Assembly: GCA_963711105.1 (NCBI GenBank)
Contig: CAVQCV010000005.1
Location: 262,415-326,414, forward strand
Reading direction: 5' to 3'
DNA from: an uncultured Chloroflexia bacterium
Lineage (GTDB): Bacteria > Chloroflexota > Limnocylindria > Limnocylindrales > CSP1-4
DNA: 64,000 bases
Positions 59,701 to 64,000 of the stretch are shown here, one piece after another (position 1 is the stretch's first letter; each line of letters opens with the position of its first letter). Both the position numbers and the translations under genes were made by a program. Below the pieces are notes generated by a model that was not told where the DNA came from, did no database searches, and saw nothing but the letters and a program-made list of their open reading frames with translations.

Positions 59701-60621
59701 GACGCCCGGGCGACCGGTGTGACCGTCCCACTCAGCCCGCTCCAGAACGGCTTCAAGTCCCTGAGCGTTACATATGTCGCGAACAGCGGCACGGCAAAGG
59801 TCAACTTCGACGTCAGCGGCTACTTCATCGAAGGAACGGGCGGCACTACCTACGTCAGTCTGACCCCAACCCGCATCCTGGACACCCGCTACGGCCTGGG
59901 TGGAACCACTCTCCGCACGGGCAGTCCGAACTGGTTCCAGGTGACCGGCCGGGGAGGAGTGCCGTCGTGGGCCGTAGCGGTGACCGGGACTGTAACCCTG
60001 ACGACGCAGTCGTCGAACGGGTTCGTGAGCGTCGGGCCGGTCTCAGTGGCGTCGCCAACCACGGCCACGATCTTCTCGCCGAGGTACACGAGGACCAACC
60101 ACGACAACCGGGCTACTGGGGTGACCATCAAGCTCGATGGCAGCGGCCGATTGAGCGCCACGTGGGTCGGCACTGCCGGGTCGACGGCCGACCTAATCTT
60201 CGACGTCAACGGCTACTTCGTGCAGGGTCCAGCCGGGGCGATGTACGTGCCGGTGACTCCGAACCGGCTTCTTGACACCCGCAGTACGGCGAACGGTGGC
60301 CTCGGCCATCTCGTGGCCAGCAGAGCCGTGTCGTTCAAGGTCGTGAACCGGACCTCGGACCCGACCAAGCTGGTGCCTGCCGATGCGACTGCCGTCACGG
60401 GCATTCTCACCGTCACCCGCCAGAAGCAGCTCGGCTACTTCACGCTGGACACGCGTCTCAACAACTACCCCACGACTTCGACGCTGAACTTCATGCGTGA
60501 CAACCGGGCGACGGGAGTGACGGTGCCGCTCAGCGGCGGCAACTTGTACCTCGTCTACAAGGCCAACAACCGCATGACGGCCGACGGAATCTTCGACGTC
60601 AGCGGCTATTTCATCTACTAG
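56761..60621 (+). CDS. Large secreted surface protein: signal peptide, two Ig-like domains, seven fibronectin type III domains, three C-terminal Y..TP.R.LDTR repeats
   Basis: VALA signal; repeated P.KP...V.W..P.D.G..I..Y...C.V.GL.NG..Y.F.V.A.N; GGAGG RBS. Confidence 0.9.
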   Translation: MRVVRSLLIATAVAALILANVSVALAADLTISVGDPIDSAHVTSIHISGVADTGATVQVTMTDVNLHTKVDSTTAGPGDSWSLTEDLTLLDDGMIQFDALCTAGCTGATTNSTSAFKDTVTTVTIQDWPLSGIDPDHGSAATPAVISGIAEMLDTVNIDVSDGTHHVTDGTTASDGSWSFSLDLSGLDNGADNITIRVDVTDSYGNAASDEKTVGKSWLPDQPAKPTTEFGNGQVTVTWVAPYDGFSAITGFDVSTYQGGSPVSGKTCTGGATDTSCAVTGLTNGTAYTFRVTASNVNGSSPESVDSVETTPSTTPAKPAKPTTSHADQKITVGWVAPDDGGAALTGYDVAMYEGASLVSATECSVDGSTTTCDATGLTNGTAYTFTVTASNANGAGPVSDPSDPATPSTNPAKPSQPMTSKGDARVAVSWIAPTDDGGAAIDTYDVATYDAGTLVPAAVCSATAPAVTCDVTGLTNGTAYTFTVTAHNLNGWSDLSDPSDPVTPSTTPAKPDRPTTTHHNTTVDVRWAVPDDGGSAIVAFHVATYEGGALVAGCDGGSSATECTVSGLINGAAYTFTVTAENANGLGSESDPSDPATPSTTPGKPAKPTAARGNNLVTVQWVAPANNGAPITGYQVATYQGGSLVVGAVCSGGPSGTSCDVTGLTNGTAYTFTVTASNIDGPGAASDPSDPMIPSDGPMHPGAPTGVTATKGRVSATVSWTAPLDDGGAAIDRYTATAVQDGTKSCTTANGSTTSCVIGSLSSSISYTFQVRAHNSQGDSDPSTASSPAIQPDPATVPGAPTIGSAVGLDASARVTWTAPTDDGGAGIDSYTVTSSSGQICTLNMPAAALACTFAKNQLANHNSYTFTVKAHNAAGASPASTASSSVVPRMGDSYVAVTPSRVLNQATLQAGQGNTMHPLTFQVTDKAPGDSATNIPPDAVAVTGVLSVASPSSLGYLALTPAPPTGAPSTSTLNFPAADARATGVTVPLSPLQNGFKSLSVTYVANSGTAKVNFDVSGYFIEGTGGTTYVSLTPTRILDTRYGLGGTTLRTGSPNWFQVTGRGGVPSWAVAVTGTVTLTTQSSNGFVSVGPVSVASPTTATIFSPRYTRTNHDNRATGVTIKLDGSGRLSATWVGTAGSTADLIFDVNGYFVQGPAGAMYVPVTPNRLLDTRSTANGGLGHLVASRAVSFKVVNRTSDPTKLVPADATAVTGILTVTRQKQLGYFTLDTRLNNYPTTSTLNFMRDNRATGVTVPLSGGNLYLVYKANNRMTADGIFDVSGYFIY

Positions 60622-60638
60622 CCCGGCGTCGTTGCCAG

Positions 60639-60668
60639 AGAGCCCGGCCTCGTGCCGGGCTCTTCCCT
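60639..60668 (+). terminator. Hairpin between convergent genes
   Basis: agagcccggc-ctcgt-gccgggctct followed by pyrimidines. Confidence 0.6.
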
Positions 60669-60719
60669 GTCCCGCCCGCCGCCCGAGGCCCGACGCGCCG
60701 CCCGCGACCAAACTGACCG

Positions 60720-61709
60720 CTACGCGGTGAGCTTGGGCAAGACCTCGCGCCCGAAGACGTCAATCCAGGCCACCTGGTTCCGGCCGACGTTATGCAGGTA
60801 GATCTGGTCGAAGCCCATGTTCAGGAACTTCTGGATCTCCCGGCGGTGAACCTCCGGATCGGCCGACATCAGCATCCGGCCGGTGAAGTCCTCGGGCCGG
60901 ACCAGGGTTGCCATCTGCTCGAAATCCTTCGGCGAGCGGATGTCCTGCTTGGGGAAGCGCATGCCTCCGTTGGGCCATTCGGTCATCGCGTTGGACACCG
61001 CCTCGGCGTCGGTCTCCGCCCATGAGAGGTGGAGCTGCAGGATCTTCGGCATCGTGTCCGGGTCCTTGCCGGCCGCGCGCGCGCCTTCCGCGAATTTGGC
61101 GAAGATGCCCTCGATCTTCTCCTCCGGCGCACCGACGGTGATGATTCCGTCGGCGAACTGACCGGTTCGTTTGGCGGTCACCGGACCGGCGGTGGCGACG
61201 TAGATGGGCGGCGCCTTCTCGGGCAGCGTCCATAGGCGGAGGGTCTCCATCTTGAAGAAGGGGCCGTCGTGCTTGACGTCCTTGCCGCCGAACAAGCGAG
61301 AAATGATCTCTATGGCCTCGAACATGCGGTTGATCCGCTCCGGCGCCTCCGGCCAGTAGCCGGCCACGACGTGTTCGTTGACCGCTTCGCCGGAGCCGAG
61401 GCCGAGCCAGCTTCGGCCCGGATACATGACCTCCAGCGTCGCGGCGGCCTGGGCCACGATTGCCGGGTGCATCCGGAACGACGGGCAGGTGACGCCCGGT
61501 CCGAGGTCGCCGCGCGTTCTTGCGCCGGCAACGGCCAGAACCTCCCACACGAACGAGGCCTGGCCCTGGCTTGGAACCCACGGCGCAAGGTGGTCCGCGG
61601 CCATCACGCCCGTGAAGCCCGCCGCCTCGGCGTGAGCGCACAGATCCAGCACCTCGCTCGGGCCGAATTGCTCGAGCATCGCGGCGTAGCCGATCTTCGC
61701 GGTTGCCAT
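60720..61709 (-). CDS. F420-dependent LLM oxidoreductase (G6PDH/Fgd-like family)
   Basis: EQFGP, ADH..PW...QG, GVTCP, AQAAATL and LGSGEAVNEH. Confidence 0.9.
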   Translation of the reverse strand: MATAKIGYAAMLEQFGPSEVLDLCAHAEAAGFTGVMAADHLAPWVPSQGQASFVWEVLAVAGARTRGDLGPGVTCPSFRMHPAIVAQAAATLEVMYPGRSWLGLGSGEAVNEHVVAGYWPEAPERINRMFEAIEIISRLFGGKDVKHDGPFFKMETLRLWTLPEKAPPIYVATAGPVTAKRTGQFADGIITVGAPEEKIEGIFAKFAEGARAAGKDPDTMPKILQLHLSWAETDAEAVSNAMTEWPNGGMRFPKQDIRSPKDFEQMATLVRPEDFTGRMLMSADPEVHRREIQKFLNMGFDQIYLHNVGRNQVAWIDVFGREVLPKLTA

Positions 61710-61828
61710 GGCACCTCCTTGGTCGAGTCCGGTTCGATGGTAGCGCCGGACGTGACAGCCCGTCCGGGATCGAGAGGCGATCAGAGGAAGTCGCCCGTGA
61801 CCGCGTCAGAATGAGGCTGCGGTCTCCA

Positions 61829-62986
61829 TCAGCGGCCGGAAGCGACCCTCGGTCGAATTGCCGCGTCCCACCCACCCGCGGACGGCACAACCAGCGTCAG
61901 ATCCTGGCCTTCGGCCGTCTGGCGTGGCTGCTGCGGGCTCATGGCGGACCGGCCGAGCAGGTAACCCTGCCCGAAGTCCACGTCGCGTTCCTGCAACGCC
62001 ACCAGGTCGCGGCGGTGCTCGATGCCCTCAGCCACGACTTTCGCGCCGATCCGGCGGCTGAACGACACGAACGCCTCGACCAACGCCTTCTTCGCGTCGG
62101 CGTCCTTGTTGCCGACCCCGCACACGATTTCCTTGTCGATCTTGATTATCGACGGCTCGAGCGCGGCGATGACGGTGAAGCTGGCGTAGCCGGCGCCGGC
62201 GTCATCTACGGCGAACCCGAAGCCGAGGCGGCGTAGCGCCCGCACCTGCTTGCGCAGCCGGGGGACGTCGTGGATGGCCTGCTGCTCCGTGCACTCGATC
62301 ACCAGCTGGTGCGGCGCAAGGCCGAAGGCGCGGACTCGATCGGCGAAAGCCTCGGCCTCGAAAGCGGGGGACAGAAGGCTGGCCGGGAGCAGGTTGATGC
62401 CGAATCTCATCCGCAGACCGGCCGGGCTCGTCCCGATTACCTGCGCGACCCGCGCCAGAGTCGCGTCGACGACGAAGTTGTCCAGCTCGAGAGGCCGGTT
62501 GGAGCGGATGGCCGCATCGACGACGGCGGAGATCGACTGGTGTGGCACCGTGGGGCCGGGCCGGAACAGGCACTCCCACTCACCGGCGCGAAGAGTAGTC
62601 AGATCCACGATCGGCTGGAACTCGACGTGGTGCCCCGCGCCGGAGAAGAAGGTGGACAGCAGCTTGCGGCTGGCGATCTCAGGCGGCTCGCCCAGCCCGA
62701 TTCGGTCGCCCAGTCCGTGGACGGCCTGGCCCAGAGCGGCAATGTAGCGCTGGCTGGGCGGGAGCGACGAATCGACGTCCGCGAGTCCGAACGTGGCGTC
62801 CTTGGAGATGGTGCCGACGAAATGGTCGCTGAGGTCCGAGGCCGCGGCGATCACGCACCAACCGGACTCGGCAAGCTCCAGTACGCGAGCCTCCGGAAGG
62901 CGTTGCGTGACCCTGTTCACGACTCGAATGTCGCGGGTCCAGAGAAGTCGCTCGGCCACCCCCTGCCGAATCCTGACGAACCGCAC
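61829..62986 (-). CDS. EAL-domain (c-di-GMP phosphodiesterase-like) protein; start inferred
   Basis: FQPI, ECLFR, IN, ECTE, DDAGAGYAS, IKID, AEGIE and QGY; GAGGA before GTG. Confidence 0.85.
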   Translation of the reverse strand: MRFVRIRQGVAERLLWTRDIRVVNRVTQRLPEARVLELAESGWCVIAAASDLSDHFVGTISKDATFGLADVDSSLPPSQRYIAALGQAVHGLGDRIGLGEPPEIASRKLLSTFFSGAGHHVEFQPIVDLTTLRAGEWECLFRPGPTVPHQSISAVVDAAIRSNRPLELDNFVVDATLARVAQVIGTSPAGLRMRFGINLLPASLLSPAFEAEAFADRVRAFGLAPHQLVIECTEQQAIHDVPRLRKQVRALRRLGFGFAVDDAGAGYASFTVIAALEPSIIKIDKEIVCGVGNKDADAKKALVEAFVSFSRRIGAKVVAEGIEHRRDLVALQERDVDFGQGYLLGRSAMSPQQPRQTAEGQDLTLVVPSAGGWDAAIRPRVASGR

Positions 62987-63505
62987 GGTGGTTCCTCGCC
63001 TGACGGAACCCCCGGGCGGGCACCCTTCGACCGGGAGACGGGCCGGCCAAAACGAGGGTTCGATGTCTCTTTGTGTCGCGAGACTGTCTGGGACCTTTGA
63101 TCCAGAGGTACCAGTGCACCACTGGTTCATCAGTACCATACGACGAACCGCTCGGACCACGCAAGAACAGAGTGTGCGTATGTGCCCTGACTTTTCCACA
63201 TTCTGTCCACACCAGACCGCACCAAGAATCACTCAAACGCCCTAAACCGCCCTGTCGGCGCCGTCGAAATCGGTGCATGGCAGCGCCGGATATGGCGTTG
63301 TCAATAGGTGGGTAATCGGGTTGGGACATTCACGCGCGTGCGCTCAACCGAGTGATCTCGGCACAACGGCTAGATTCTCGAAGGACGAGCGCGCCGTTGC
63401 AGGCGAGGACGCCCCTGCCGGCTGCCCGTAGAATCAACCGGACCCGCCCGGGAAACGCCGGCACAAGCCGGCGCCCGCAACCATGCGCCGACCTGGAGCC
63501 GCCCG

Positions 63506-64000
63506 ATGCCTCAGATTCACTTGCGAGCCGAACCGGAGGACTACGCGCCGACAGTCCTGATCCCCGGCGACCCCAACCGGGCCACCTGGATAGCCGAGAA
63601 ATTCGACGGCGGCCCCGGTGCCGCCCGCCTCGTGACGTCGCATCGCGGCATGCTCGGCTACACCGGCTCGTACCGGGGCATCCCGGTCAGCGTGCAGACC
63701 AGCGGCATGGGCGCCCCGAGCATGTCGATCGTCGTCGAGGAACTGCTGCGGCTGGGCGTGAAGCGTTTGGTGCGCGTGGGTACATGCGGCGGTATCGGGC
63801 GGGGCATCAAGACGGGAGACATCGTCATCGCCTCCGCCGCCGCGCCCGTTGACGGCGCGACGGCGACATACCTGCACGGCGATCCGTACGCCCCGGCCGC
63901 CGACTTCGCGCTCACGCGCTCGCTGGCCGACGCAGCCGCGGCCAGTGGTTTGACCGCCCACGTGGGCCCTGTGGCCACGGTGGACGTGTTCTACAACCCT
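63506..64000 (+). CDS. deoD: Purine nucleoside phosphorylase (DeoD type), 3'-truncated
   Basis: MPQIHL.....YAPTVLIPGDPNRA, RGMLGYTG, SVQTSGMG.PS and RVGTCGG. Absent from the ORF track because it has no stop in the window. Confidence 0.9.
   Translation, partial: MPQIHLRAEPEDYAPTVLIPGDPNRATWIAEKFDGGPGAARLVTSHRGMLGYTGSYRGIPVSVQTSGMGAPSMSIVVEELLRLGVKRLVRVGTCGGIGRGIKTGDIVIASAAAPVDGATATYLHGDPYAPAADFALTRSLADAAAASGLTAHVGPVATVDVFYNP

Noticed and set aside
63095-63140. SAM-I-like ATCCAGAG start, and a GGTACTGA match to the amt promoter motif
   Set aside because: The rest of the SAM-I core is absent, and the GGTACTGA has no flanking 11-bp phased array.

Overview
A high-GC bacterial chromosomal window. 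Gene content and style suggest Chloroflexota or an actinobacteria-like lineage; this is inference only. No rRNA, tRNA, CRISPR array or mobile element was seen. Main blocks: (1) lgt-like (partial), class 3 asparaginase, gltX; (2) a ~23 kb phosphate/polyphosphate region with phoB-like and phoR-like genes bracketing DUF47-pstSCAB-phoU-pit, a second phoU, a ppk1/CYTH-CHAD/crcB/DUF190/sixA/KPAA-repeat histone-like run, and ppk2; (3) an XRE-regulated ABC exporter and an ATP-dependent DNA-ligase-like protein with its catalytic lysines lost; (4) argH, then two amtB genes with no glnK, flanked by two tiny ORFs, where all four promoters carry phased 11-bp (G)nnAC repeat arrays; (5) cydABDC with upstream PAS-LuxR, response regulator and GAF kinase genes; (6) argCJBRG with an ARG box; (7) trxB, F420 genes cofDCE, two F420-type LLM oxidoreductases, a 7xFN3 surface protein, an EAL protein and deoD (partial). 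Best novelty candidates are the amt/small-protein regulon, the pseudo-ligase with clamp-like motifs, and the AlgP-like protein in the ppk1-CHAD cluster. Three single-base frameshifts may be assembly errors.
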